A DNA stretch of 62,524 bases, the filler included, from Aduncisulcus paluster (taxonomy: Eukaryota), in NCBI GenBank assembly GCA_024181965.1. It is 8 parts of 7 records of this genome, joined end to end, with 100 filler letters (N's around TTAATTAATTAA, not from the genome) between each part and the next. Parts side by side here need not be neighbours in the genome. Positions count along the whole stretch, not along the records: positions 20,717 to 24,262 come from BQXS01011326.1; positions 24,363 to 27,783 come from BQXS01011327.1; positions 27,884 to 35,863 come from BQXS01011328.1; 5 more parts are not named here. One strand, written 5' to 3'. The translations under genes were made by a program, and so were the position numbers. Positions 22,144 to 31,829 of this stretch are shown one piece after another; the first letter of the stretch is position 1; each line of letters starts with the position of its first letter. The notes below the pieces were generated by a model that saw nothing but the letters and a program-made list of their open reading frames with translations, did no database searches and was not told the origin of the DNA.

Positions 22144-22323
22144 ATTCATGATTATGGCGCAATTGTTTAATTTGATCAACATTAATCATTTATTTTGAAT
22201 TTATTGTATATTTAATCGACGTTTTATAAAACATATCTCTCCTCAAAATTCAAATAGACACAGACATTCATGTTTCCTTGTTTTTGTGCGTTCTAGAACA
22301 ATTTAAAAAGATTTTTATCTGTA

Positions 22324-23556
22324 ATGGATAACATTATAAAATCTAGTTTTAAATCATGGACTTCTCTATATCTTACTGGTCGAAAAAGACCCAAAATTGA
22401 GGCCAGTACCAAACGTCATGCAAGCTTCACTATTTGGAAACAAAAGCTCCAAATATCGGATGAAGCTTGGTTTGAATATTTAAAATTGGAAAAGAAATCT
22501 AAATCTTGCAGGTTGGTCAAGAGGGATAAACAGAACTGGCTTTTTGATGAAGTATGTGTTAAAAAACGTTCTAGGCATATTTTTCCATCTTTGAAGGAAC
22601 TTGGTGAAGTGTTTGAAGAAGTTGATTTATCCCCTTCAATGGATGAAAAACATCCTCATATTATGCTGTCCGAGTTTACTCTTGGTCATAATCCGAAAGA
22701 TTTTTATAGGCACCCTATTGTTGCTGTTCTTAGAGATAAAGAAACTCCATTCCCCATGATAAATGAATATATGTTTTCTCAATGGTTAAATGATCTCAAA
22801 GTGGCTAAAGGAGGGCCTTCCAACACTCAATTTGGATTTATTGTTAATATGTTTGATTATGGACGGGATAGATGGATGTTTCTTAGAATTAGTGCTGGAA
22901 AAGATTCAGGAATCACAAGGCCAGATTTTGATGGGATAACTCTTAACGATCGGTTTATTTCCCCTGCCCAATTGGTCGGCCGACTTAAATTGTTCGATAA
23001 TGATAAATATTTAGTTGCTATTCAACCTGCCATTGTTTCTAAAATTGAATCGGGGATACTTACTTATTCTACTACCAAGTATGCTTGTATTTTGTATTCC
23101 AATGAATTAAACTCTAAGAATGCCAAGATATTGTCCCATTTTGCTCATCATCATACATCAAAGACTACCTTTCCTGATTTAAAGGTTCTTTATCGTCAAG
23201 GAAAAAAGGAAGAAAGTGATGAGTGGAGTGATAGTGAAGAAGAAGAGAAGAAAGAAAAGGAAGGGGAAAGTGAAGTGACTAAGTCTGTGCCCAAGTTGCA
23301 GAAGATTAAATATCGTTCAAGGAGTATATCTCTTCTCGTCTGTTTAAATCCAACGTCTCCTCCATCATCTGTGTGTTCTGCACTGGATATTCTTGTAGAT
23401 GCAAGTATATTGCGGTCAGAGAGTGCATTTTATTACGGTGATGACATTTCCTGGGAAACATGCCTGCAACATATTGTTCCACCATTGCTAAAAATAGAAC
23501 GGCCTGAACTTGTCCAAGAAACTGTGGATTTCCTCGCGACCCATGTTTCAAAATGA
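22324..23556 (+). CDS. Hypothetical protein, 410 aa; possibly exon 1 of a gene continuing to 24020
   Basis: Long ORF with no recognised domain. Confidence 0.7.
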   Translation: MDNIIKSSFKSWTSLYLTGRKRPKIEASTKRHASFTIWKQKLQISDEAWFEYLKLEKKSKSCRLVKRDKQNWLFDEVCVKKRSRHIFPSLKELGEVFEEVDLSPSMDEKHPHIMLSEFTLGHNPKDFYRHPIVAVLRDKETPFPMINEYMFSQWLNDLKVAKGGPSNTQFGFIVNMFDYGRDRWMFLRISAGKDSGITRPDFDGITLNDRFISPAQLVGRLKLFDNDKYLVAIQPAIVSKIESGILTYSTTKYACILYSNELNSKNAKILSHFAHHHTSKTTFPDLKVLYRQGKKEESDEWSDSEEEEKKEKEGESEVTKSVPKLQKIKYRSRSISLLVCLNPTSPPSSVCSALDILVDASILRSESAFYYGDDISWETCLQHIVPPLLKIERPELVQETVDFLATHVSK

Positions 23557-24020
23557 GTATAGTACAGTATAGTATAGTTATATATCTATTAATTTATGTT
23601 TATTTGATTGAGGCACAGGCCCTCAAGTTTGCTCATGAGATTGTCAAAAGGAGTGATTATTGTGAGTGGTATGCTCTTGCTGACGCTGCAATGGTATTTT
23701 GTGAGTCTGAGCTTCCAAAGATTGGCGATTACATTGCACAGAAAAGCCTGGCATCTCTTCGCAAGGATGAGGGCATCTCTGCAATTTGGTCCCCATTCTG
23801 TATTGCCCTTCACTCCCTTCGCTCGAGAGCTTTGCGCATCATTGGGTCGCACCAACAATCGTGTGCCTCGTTCGTTCAAGTTGTCAAGGGCATGAAGGAG
23901 TTTAAAGATTATGAAGAACATTTTGATGTTGAATTCTATGAGGAGTGTTTGAAAGAGTGTGCGGAACAAATGGCAAAGTTAGGGAGGATTCAAGAGAGTA
24001 TTGAGATTTTATCAATGTAA
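23553..24020 (+). CDS. Helical-repeat (TPR-like) protein, or exon 2 of the preceding gene
   Basis: Amphipathic helices (AQALKFAHEIV..., LRSRALRIIG..., MAKLGRIQESIEIL). The first 60 nt are AT-rich and intron-like. Confidence 0.6.
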   Translation: MSIVQYSIVIYLLIYVYLIEAQALKFAHEIVKRSDYCEWYALADAAMVFCESELPKIGDYIAQKSLASLRKDEGISAIWSPFCIALHSLRSRALRIIGSHQQSCASFVQVVKGMKEFKDYEEHFDVEFYEECLKECAEQMAKLGRIQESIEILSM

Positions 24021-24362
24021 AAATGTTTACAAAATGTACTGTAAACTTGTTAGTTCGTGTAATGGTTTCACACAATTCATCAGTTTTCCAAATTCACCTA
24101 TATTAAAAACTACATTGAAAAAAATAAAATGAAATTGAAACAAAAACGGCTCTTTCATCCTTTTTCTATCATAAAACTCCAGGAATGGGTTTCTAAACCA
24201 CAATTTTCCATTGTGGCTGGCTAAAATGAAATTCATTCGTAGCTTATTATTATTCTCTATTCNNNNNNNNNNNNNNNNNNNNNNNNNNNNNNNNNNNNNN
24301 NNNNNNTTAATTAATTAANNNNNNNNNNNNNNNNNNNNNNNNNNNNNNNNNNNNNNNNNNNN

Positions 24363-25871
24363 GCTGAGAAAGAGTTGCTTGTAACCAAAGAAACCCTTGG
24401 TCTGACCTCCGAGGATTTGAAGCGTTCCCAACTCTCTCTTGCTAACAAAGAGAAGGTATTATCTGAGACTTCTGGATTCCTCACTCAAACGAAACGTGAA
24501 CTCAACAATACTCAGCTTAAACTAAAACAGACCGAAGACAACCTGTCTGTTTGTCAATCTGCTCTGGAATCATCTAAGGAGGAGTTGTCAGAGGCACATA
24601 AGGAATTGGATATCCGTCAACACAAACTTGACACTTCACAAGCCAAATTGTCAGACACGGAGCATAATCTTACCAAAACTGAGAAACGCCTTGAAGAAAC
24701 TGATGGGAGATTAAAGAAGGCTGAGGCCAAGATTGAAGCGACTGAGAAGAAGCTTGACATGACCGAAAGTAAGCTTGACCAAATGCAGTCCTCGCTCAAG
24801 GAAGCCTCCACCAAGCAGCATGAAACCGATCGTGCCCTATCCGATGCCTTGCATAAACTCGATGTGACTGAACACAAACTCACCGACGCCTCACAGTCGT
24901 TATCCGCAACGTCTGAAGAGCTTGATAATATGAAACATAAGCTTGACGAGGCTGAGACCAAAATCCATGAATATGATATTCAGTTGGTTGCAAATGGACA
25001 GCAGTTTGAAGTTGAAAGGAAGGAACTTTCTGTTTCTATTCTCAATTCTAACGAAAAAATCCGTTCTCTTGAAGCAAAGAATTCTGAACTTACCATTCTT
25101 ATCAAAGCGAATGAAACTAAATGGGTTCTGTTAAACTCTGAGCATTCTCTTTTGCAGGGTAAATATGAAGGCTTAAAAGATCGTTTATCCGAATTATCAA
25201 AGATTATTTCGGCTAGAGATGAACTTATGGATATGTTGAAAAAAGTGAGCGATGACGATAAAGAGAAATCCATCAAAAAGACCCTTGAAGTTGATTCTTT
25301 GATTTCAAAACTGGATGAGATTCAAACCAAGCATCTTGAGGAACTCCAGCATGCCCAGGAGGAAATCATCCAGCTAAAAACAAAACTCTTTGAGATGAAT
25401 CAAAAATACGAATTTTGTTCAAACCAACTTGATGAGAAGGAGAGTATTTGCCATGAACTTGAGTCATCAAACGTTTCTTTAAAACGGGAAAATGATCGCC
25501 TTGAAGAGTCAGTCAGCTCTCTACGTCACGATATTTCTCAACTGCGCTTGAATATCGATGGAAAGGAAGGAGAAATATTTGAATTAACAGATAAGAATAC
25601 ACAACTCAATTCCGATATCAAGGAGTTAAGAGATTTGTTGGAGAGAAAGGAGGGAGAAATCTTGCAAACGAGCACCTCTTTGAGAGAATCTGAGGAAAAG
25701 AAAGGAGATCTCCAAGCAGAAAGTTTGGAATTAAGCCTAAGAAATAGAGAGATAACCCACCAATTGCAATCTCTTGTTGATGATGGTGTGAAAATCGAGG
25801 AAGAGGCTGATGTGTTGGCAAGAATTGTTGCTCAACTCGGCCTTTACTCTCGTCAAAAGGAGATAAGATAA
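24363..25871 (+). CDS. Long coiled-coil protein, 5'-truncated by gap
   Basis: Continuous heptad pattern (TEKKLDM, TESKLDQ, TEHKLTD). Confidence 0.85.
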   Translation, partial: AEKELLVTKETLGLTSEDLKRSQLSLANKEKVLSETSGFLTQTKRELNNTQLKLKQTEDNLSVCQSALESSKEELSEAHKELDIRQHKLDTSQAKLSDTEHNLTKTEKRLEETDGRLKKAEAKIEATEKKLDMTESKLDQMQSSLKEASTKQHETDRALSDALHKLDVTEHKLTDASQSLSATSEELDNMKHKLDEAETKIHEYDIQLVANGQQFEVERKELSVSILNSNEKIRSLEAKNSELTILIKANETKWVLLNSEHSLLQGKYEGLKDRLSELSKIISARDELMDMLKKVSDDDKEKSIKKTLEVDSLISKLDEIQTKHLEELQHAQEEIIQLKTKLFEMNQKYEFCSNQLDEKESICHELESSNVSLKRENDRLEESVSSLRHDISQLRLNIDGKEGEIFELTDKNTQLNSDIKELRDLLERKEGEILQTSTSLRESEEKKGDLQAESLELSLRNREITHQLQSLVDDGVKIEEEADVLARIVAQLGLYSRQKEIR

Positions 25872-26100
25872 AATTTGTTTACAACTCTATTTATTCTTTT
25901 TTTTTATGTTTCGTTGATTTATCTACATCTTAGATATGTCTAGATTTTGGATCTACATCTTATATTATCCCTTTTTTATGAATGAAACACATTCAACCTG
26001 TTTATAATATCAAGTTATTTATAATGGACTTGGGATAGACTTGACATGTTCGAGTTCTATCGATCTTATGATAATAAAACCCGAATCAAATCTTATTCTC

Positions 26101-27162
26101 TTAAAGTTGCACCCCATCTTGGAATGGATCGGAAGGATCAAGTAAATGGTGTCTAATTCCAACAACATACGCTTTCCCAGTAATTTCAGGAATTACAGCC
26201 ATCTGATCTCCCAATTTAGTCTCACGAACCACCTTAGCCTTGAACGGAACTCCAGCAGGGCCATAGTTAGTGTAAACTTCTCCAATCTTTAATTCTCCTT
26301 TATAATGGAGTAGAGCCATTTTAGCCGATGTTCCAGATCCACAGGGAGAGGAATCCAATCTGTCAACCCCATATACGATTGCAGAACGTCCTTTCAGGCG
26401 GTCATCCTTGTAAGTACTGTAGAACTGGGTCATATCAACACGATTAACTCCAGGATGGGCAGGATGAGATATTTCTATCTGTTCATTGATTGCCTTACGA
26501 ATGGCAAGCCCTTTAGCAACCAGTTCAGACTTTGTGGCATTATCAAGGTCAAGACCGACAATTTCAGCCTCAACCATGACAAAAAAGGTTCCAATGTTAA
26601 CAATGTGAACGTCAAAAGTTCCAATAGATTCCACAGACACGGAAGCCTGTTTGTAGACGAAAGCTGGAACCATAGTCACAGAGACGGATTCAACTTCCCC
26701 ATCATCCGACATGTGAGCAACAGGGATAATCTGTCCGGAAGCAGTATCCAAAGGAATGGGAATATCTTTCCGACCATCAGGTTTAATGGTCCCAGTCTTG
26801 ATAAGACACTCTATTGTACCAATAGTACCATGTCCACATAGTTGAAGAAATCCATCAATAGTGAAATAAATAATACTAAAAAGAGATGTCTTGCTCACTG
26901 GTGGAATAAGAAGAGTGTTTACCATCTCTCCTCTTCCACGAGGCTCTCGAGAACCCAAATGAAGAATTCTCTCTTTGTAATGTTTGTACAAATAGTCACA
27001 CTTTTCACGGACAGTTTCACCTTCTAAAGCTCCAATTCCACCAATATATAAACTTGTACTCTCCCCAGCAGTATGGGACTCAATCGAAATAGCCACGTTA
27101 TCATATTGGGACTTGACACTTGATATCATCTCATGAGGATCTAATTTAGCAATTTCCATCAT
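26101..27162 (-). CDS. Proline racemase / hydroxyproline epimerase family enzyme (bacterial type, two catalytic Cys)
   Basis: IESHTAGE, EPRG, LCGHGTIG, DSSPCGSGTSAKMA and IPEITGKAY...DPSDPFQDG; intronless. Confidence 0.93.
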   Translation of the reverse strand: MMEIAKLDPHEMISSVKSQYDNVAISIESHTAGESTSLYIGGIGALEGETVREKCDYLYKHYKERILHLGSREPRGRGEMVNTLLIPPVSKTSLFSIIYFTIDGFLQLCGHGTIGTIECLIKTGTIKPDGRKDIPIPLDTASGQIIPVAHMSDDGEVESVSVTMVPAFVYKQASVSVESIGTFDVHIVNIGTFFVMVEAEIVGLDLDNATKSELVAKGLAIRKAINEQIEISHPAHPGVNRVDMTQFYSTYKDDRLKGRSAIVYGVDRLDSSPCGSGTSAKMALLHYKGELKIGEVYTNYGPAGVPFKAKVVRETKLGDQMAVIPEITGKAYVVGIRHHLLDPSDPFQDGVQL

Positions 27163-28191
27163 AATATATAAAAAATAAAAATATTATCTTGATCAAAAAG
27201 ATAAGGAAACAAAAATGAGGCTCAATCGGAAATCTATTTTGGATGAAATTCTTGTCACTAATTGACACCCCATTTAAAGATCTAATAATAATATTGATAA
27301 CAATTCTATTTTTTTTCCCTGTAATATGGTATTATAATTCAAGCAGATATCGAACCAAGGGAATTTAGTAGTTTATTCGGTAAATCCCGGTTTAGCCGGT
27401 TATTGAGCAAGACATGCTCCAAACAAGAAAAAATAAAGACAAAAAGAAAATAATGGGCAAAAAACATATGGTCAGCAACAAATCATATAGAGTAGAGATT
27501 AAACCATTCTAATGGCGAGTACCAATATATTGGAGTTGGAAAGCTTAAAGTACCATTCAATAGCTGATAGATGTTGTTTAAAGATAGAAAAGGAAAGTAT
27601 TAGTGTAGGAGATGTTATTGAAATAGAAAGAAAATTATTGGAAGGATAGAAAACTGTGTGGGAAGCCTTAGGAGTTGTTTTAGGAAACTATTCTAGGTTA
27701 AGCATACTAGAGAAACGCCATCGAAGCTCTGGCTCTCTTGGTAAAGCCGGCTCTGTCGAGAAGTTTGGATATGGCTTTGTCAGNNNNNNNNNNNNNNNNN
27801 NNNNNNNNNNNNNNNNNNNNNNNNNNNTTAATTAATTAANNNNNNNNNNNNNNNNNNNNNNNNNNNNNNNNNNNNNNNNNNNNGAAACGATTGAAAATCC
27901 TATTGATATCCTTACAGCTCTTGGAATACCTCCAGAAATGGCAAGTATGATGCAGAGTCTCCCTCCAGAGAAACTTATGGAGATCCTTGAGTCATTACAA
28001 GCCCATCAGAAACAGTCGCATCCTCAGAGCTCCAAGAAGGATAACAGCGAGATATTCACTCTTAGTAAGTCTTATGACGTTCGCTTGAAGATGAGAGAAG
28101 CACTGATTCAACACTTGCAGAGTGAAGCAAAGAAGGGAAGTGAGGAAAAGACATTGCTGGAGAAAGAGAAAGAGAAAGATAAAGAGAAGGA

Positions 28192-31100
28192 GATGAAGAA
28201 GAAGAAATTGAAGAAGAAGAAGAGGAAGAAGAAGAGGAAGTGGAAGAGGAAGAACCAATGAAATCTGATGTGCATGGAGATGGAGGAGAGGAAGAAACGA
28301 TTGAAAATCCTATTGATATCCTTACAGCTCTTGGAATACCTCCAGAAATGGCAAGTATGATGCAGAGTCTCCCTCCAGAGAAACTTATGGAGATCCTTGA
28401 GTCATTACAAGCCCATCAGAAACAGTCGCATCCTCAGAGCTCCAAGAAGGATAACAGCGAGATATTCACTCTTAGTAAGTCTTATGACGTTCGCTTGAAG
28501 ATGAGAGAAGCACTGATTCAACACTTGCAGAGTGAAGCAAAGAAGGGAAGTGAGGAAAAGACATTGCTGGAGAAAGAGAAAGAGAAAGATAAAGAGAAGG
28601 AGAAGGGAGAAGAGGACACTGAGTCTGGTTCCTTCAATGATGAGTCATCTGATCTATCTGGATACTCACAACCACCTCAAGATCTCACCCAGTTCCACCC
28701 ACTCCCCGCTTCATATGTGACCTATGCTCAGATTCTTTTGGGGACATACAAGGCCCATTATTGTTGTGATGAAATATCAGCTTCTAACCGTTCCTCCAAG
28801 TCAGGATCAGGCAGTATATCCTCAGTATTTGGACCTTCTTGCCGTCTCCCAAAGGCTTCTGCCCTCCACTTGACCGTTGGTGACAATCATTTGTGCCATG
28901 CCTATAATAATACAGCCATCCCTCCTGCGGACTATGCATTGACACATGTGTTTGTTGGAGAGTTCCTTGGAGAACACGTTGATGGTTCTACTCGTAACGA
29001 TATGAGAGGAGATAAGGCAGGTGAGCACTGGCTCTCTGGTATCTATGACTCCGTTTGTGGTGGAGAAGATGAGCAAATGACATGGACTGACCTTAATTAT
29101 GCTTACGACAATATTGTTAGGGGCTCCAATAATTCATCCACAGAAGCTTCAAAGGAGTCTAAGCGTGGCCCTGTTGTATTCTCTTGTACTTCTGCTATTG
29201 CCTCTCTCTTATCCCCATCTTCTGCACTCTCCTCAATCAATTCTTCTTATGGTGAAACCCAACAACTTATCAAGGAGTTTGAGACACATGTTCCTGAGAG
29301 TCTCCCTCCTCATTTATCATCAATATTATCCACCCTCTCGTATTTTATCAATTCCTCAGGCCGTGCTCCAACGGGAGATCTCTGTTTCTTTGTAGGCTAT
29401 CTTGCGTCAATGTGTGGATCTGTCATCTACGAGACTCTTATCCCTTTCCTAATGGCTGCATCCACTCCCAGGAAACACCAGGACAATCGTCACGATGTAT
29501 GCTATGGATCTGTGCTCGGATTGCTTGGTTCCATAACTGCTATACCACCCCAGAAGGCCGTGACATTTATTCCGCCTTTGCTATTGATATTCTTGCGTGT
29601 CAACCGTTTTACTGACTCAAAGAAAGAGAAGATGAGGCTTCATTTGTGTGCAAGTATTGGTATTATGACCATTGATACATGTGCTTGGTTGATCTGTGGT
29701 CTTGGATGTGCCTGTGGAATGTTGAGAGTCCCACAGGAATCTGAGGAAGACCATGGATACATCTCTAATGATGGCCATTCTATTCATCGTTCTGTTAGGA
29801 TTGGAAATGAGGTTGCAAAAGCTTTCAATGACACCCATGACTTAACATTAGTGCAGAGTCTCTCAATATTAAGAGCCTTTTTGACTGCTTGCAGTGTATT
29901 CTCATCCATTCTTCCTTCCCTCTTGCCATATCTTATTCCTTTCCAATCCCTTTCTTTCCTCTCTTCCGAGCATGCTGCTTTGTGTGGGTGTATTTATGGA
30001 TGCTTTGGACAGGCGACACATGTGTACACTTCACAGAGACCCTGTGTTGGAGGAGTCATCAACAATGAGGGGAACTCTCTTTTCTCTGTTAATCTTTGCC
30101 GAGGAATAGTTCCAGATAATACTCCTTCTCCCTATATCATGGAAAGCTTGACCCCTTTCATTTTGAAGTCATTAGCGATGTTCCCAGTATTCAATAATGC
30201 CTCAAACACCCCTATTGTTGGGTCTTCTCCCTCCTCGTTTGTGCAACCAAGCACGATCTCTTCTTCACTTTCTTCCACCCATGTAAGAACCCTTGCTTTC
30301 TCTCTTTCTGTTCTCTACTCGCTCAGACACTCACATCTCCCAATGCTTCCCAGTGTTCTACCTGCTCTATTGCAACATACTGCCCACTCCCATCGAGGGA
30401 TTGGAGAGTGGTGTGGATGGATTGCCAGTTCATCTTTCTGGACCGAGAGTGTGGGCATCCATGTTCAGAGTCTGCGTAGATGTGTGGAAGGATTGAAGAG
30501 AAGCACCGAAGTCTTATCAATTAAGGGCGAAGAAGAAGAAGAAGGAGAGAAGGGCGAAAGAATATCTACTACTACTGGTGCCGATCAGAAAAAGGATGAG
30601 AGCAACATTGAAGACTTACTCGGGCTTGAAAAGGTTGGAGAAATGGTTGTATCAAAACATATATCCACTTCGATACCTATTTTAAGCAGTATCAGTGCCC
30701 GTTTGTTGTTTTTGAGGAGGCTTGAGAATTCATTGTTCCTTTCTTTTAAGGAGCTTCAGAATTCCGGCATTCTTGATACTTTGAGAGACACTCTCATGCA
30801 ACTATTGTGTGATTCTTCCCTTGAAGTCCAGAGAGCTAGTGCCAGAGTTCTCGCTGTCTATTTTAGGATTGTTGAGAAGAAAAACAGGATCGTTATGTTG
30901 AGACGTATTGGACGTCTTTGCAAGAGCAAAAGCACAGGAGAACGTTATGGAGGAGTTTGTGTGCTTTGTGAGTGTGTTTTGGCACACCCTGATTCAATTC
31001 CCCGTTGGATTGCTCGTGTGATATGCAAGATCTCCATGTCTTTCGCCCATGACAAGGCAAATGTTATTCAAATGCTTGTCAGAGAGACATTTAGGGTCTT

Positions 31101-31527
31101 TATGAACCAACACAAAGAAATGTGGGCTCAAGAAAAAATGATGTTTAGCGAGGAAGAATTGAGGGTAATCAATGAAGTTCTCGCTTCTCAGACAAATATC
31201 TATATAAGGGAGAAGANNNNNNNNNNNNNNNNNNNNTGCAAGAGCAAAAGCACAGGAGAACGTTATGGAGGAGTTTGTGTGCTTTGTGAGTGTGTTTTGG
31301 CACACCCTGATTCAATTCCCCGTTGGATTGCTCGTGTGATATGCAAGATCTCCATGTCTTTCGCCCATGACAAGGCAAATGTTATTCAAATGCTTGTCAG
31401 AGAGACATTTAGGGTCTTTATGAACCAACACAAAGAAATGTGGGCTCAAGAAAAAATGATGTTTAGCGAGGAAGAATTGAGGGTAATCAATGAAGTTCTC
31501 GCTTCTCAGACAAATATCTATATCTAA
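28192..31527 (+). CDS. PSME4: Proteasome activator PA200/Blm10, C-terminal part
   Basis: C-terminal domain RYGGVCVLCECVLAHPDSIPRWI...VRETFRVFMNQHKEMWAQEKMMFSEEELRVI ends in the HbYX tripeptide IYI. Duplications 27884-28193 = 28294-28603 and 30919-31205 = 31237-31523 are artefacts. Confidence 0.85.
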   Translation, partial: DEEEEIEEEEEEEEEEVEEEEPMKSDVHGDGGEEETIENPIDILTALGIPPEMASMMQSLPPEKLMEILESLQAHQKQSHPQSSKKDNSEIFTLSKSYDVRLKMREALIQHLQSEAKKGSEEKTLLEKEKEKDKEKEKGEEDTESGSFNDESSDLSGYSQPPQDLTQFHPLPASYVTYAQILLGTYKAHYCCDEISASNRSSKSGSGSISSVFGPSCRLPKASALHLTVGDNHLCHAYNNTAIPPADYALTHVFVGEFLGEHVDGSTRNDMRGDKAGEHWLSGIYDSVCGGEDEQMTWTDLNYAYDNIVRGSNNSSTEASKESKRGPVVFSCTSAIASLLSPSSALSSINSSYGETQQLIKEFETHVPESLPPHLSSILSTLSYFINSSGRAPTGDLCFFVGYLASMCGSVIYETLIPFLMAASTPRKHQDNRHDVCYGSVLGLLGSITAIPPQKAVTFIPPLLLIFLRVNRFTDSKKEKMRLHLCASIGIMTIDTCAWLICGLGCACGMLRVPQESEEDHGYISNDGHSIHRSVRIGNEVAKAFNDTHDLTLVQSLSILRAFLTACSVFSSILPSLLPYLIPFQSLSFLSSEHAALCGCIYGCFGQATHVYTSQRPCVGGVINNEGNSLFSVNLCRGIVPDNTPSPYIMESLTPFILKSLAMFPVFNNASNTPIVGSSPSSFVQPSTISSSLSSTHVRTLAFSLSVLYSLRHSHLPMLPSVLPALLQHTAHSHRGIGEWCGWIASSSFWTESVGIHVQSLRRCVEGLKRSTEVLSIKGEEEEEGEKGERISTTTGADQKKDESNIEDLLGLEKVGEMVVSKHISTSIPILSSISARLLFLRRLENSLFLSFKELQNSGILDTLRDTLMQLLCDSSLEVQRASARVLAVYFRIVEKKNRIVMLRRIGRLCKSKSTGERYGGVCVLCECVLAHPDSIPRWIARVICKISMSFAHDKANVIQMLVRETFRVFMNQHKEMWAQEKMMFSEEELRVINEVLASQTNIYIREKXXXXXXXCKSKSTGERYGGVCVLCECVLAHPDSIPRWIARVICKISMSFAHDKANVIQMLVRETFRVFMNQHKEMWAQEKMMFSEEELRVINEVLASQTNIYI

Positions 31528-31829
31528 ACAATAATTTTTGATCAAAATTAATGAAATTTACGATATCATATTGCTTATAAGATAATTTTCATAATACTTA
31601 GTAAAATATTATTCATCTAAACCGTCAAACTCGTGACGTGAAAGTCAATTTCACAGTTCGACCCATTCTGAAATAATAAAAACCCAATTGACGAGAAAAA
31701 AAAAGTAAACATAAAATGGCAAAACTATATTTACCGGATAGACTTCAAGAATAGTATCCTATCTCATTTGATAAATAATAATCATATTGCAAGTTGATTT
31801 GTCGACTAAAAAAGTAATTGGAAGTAATT

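Noticed and set aside
27480..27720. Degenerate coding-like stretch (KESISVGDVIEIE) reminiscent of the RuvBL/TIP49 OB insert
   Set aside because: Too short, interrupted by stops, and the motif is generic; cannot be supported.
27938..28261. Short Lys-rich ORF that looks like a paralogue of the Blm10 N-terminal part
   Set aside because: Exact duplicate of 28294-28603 misjoined to a Glu-rich repeat read out of frame.
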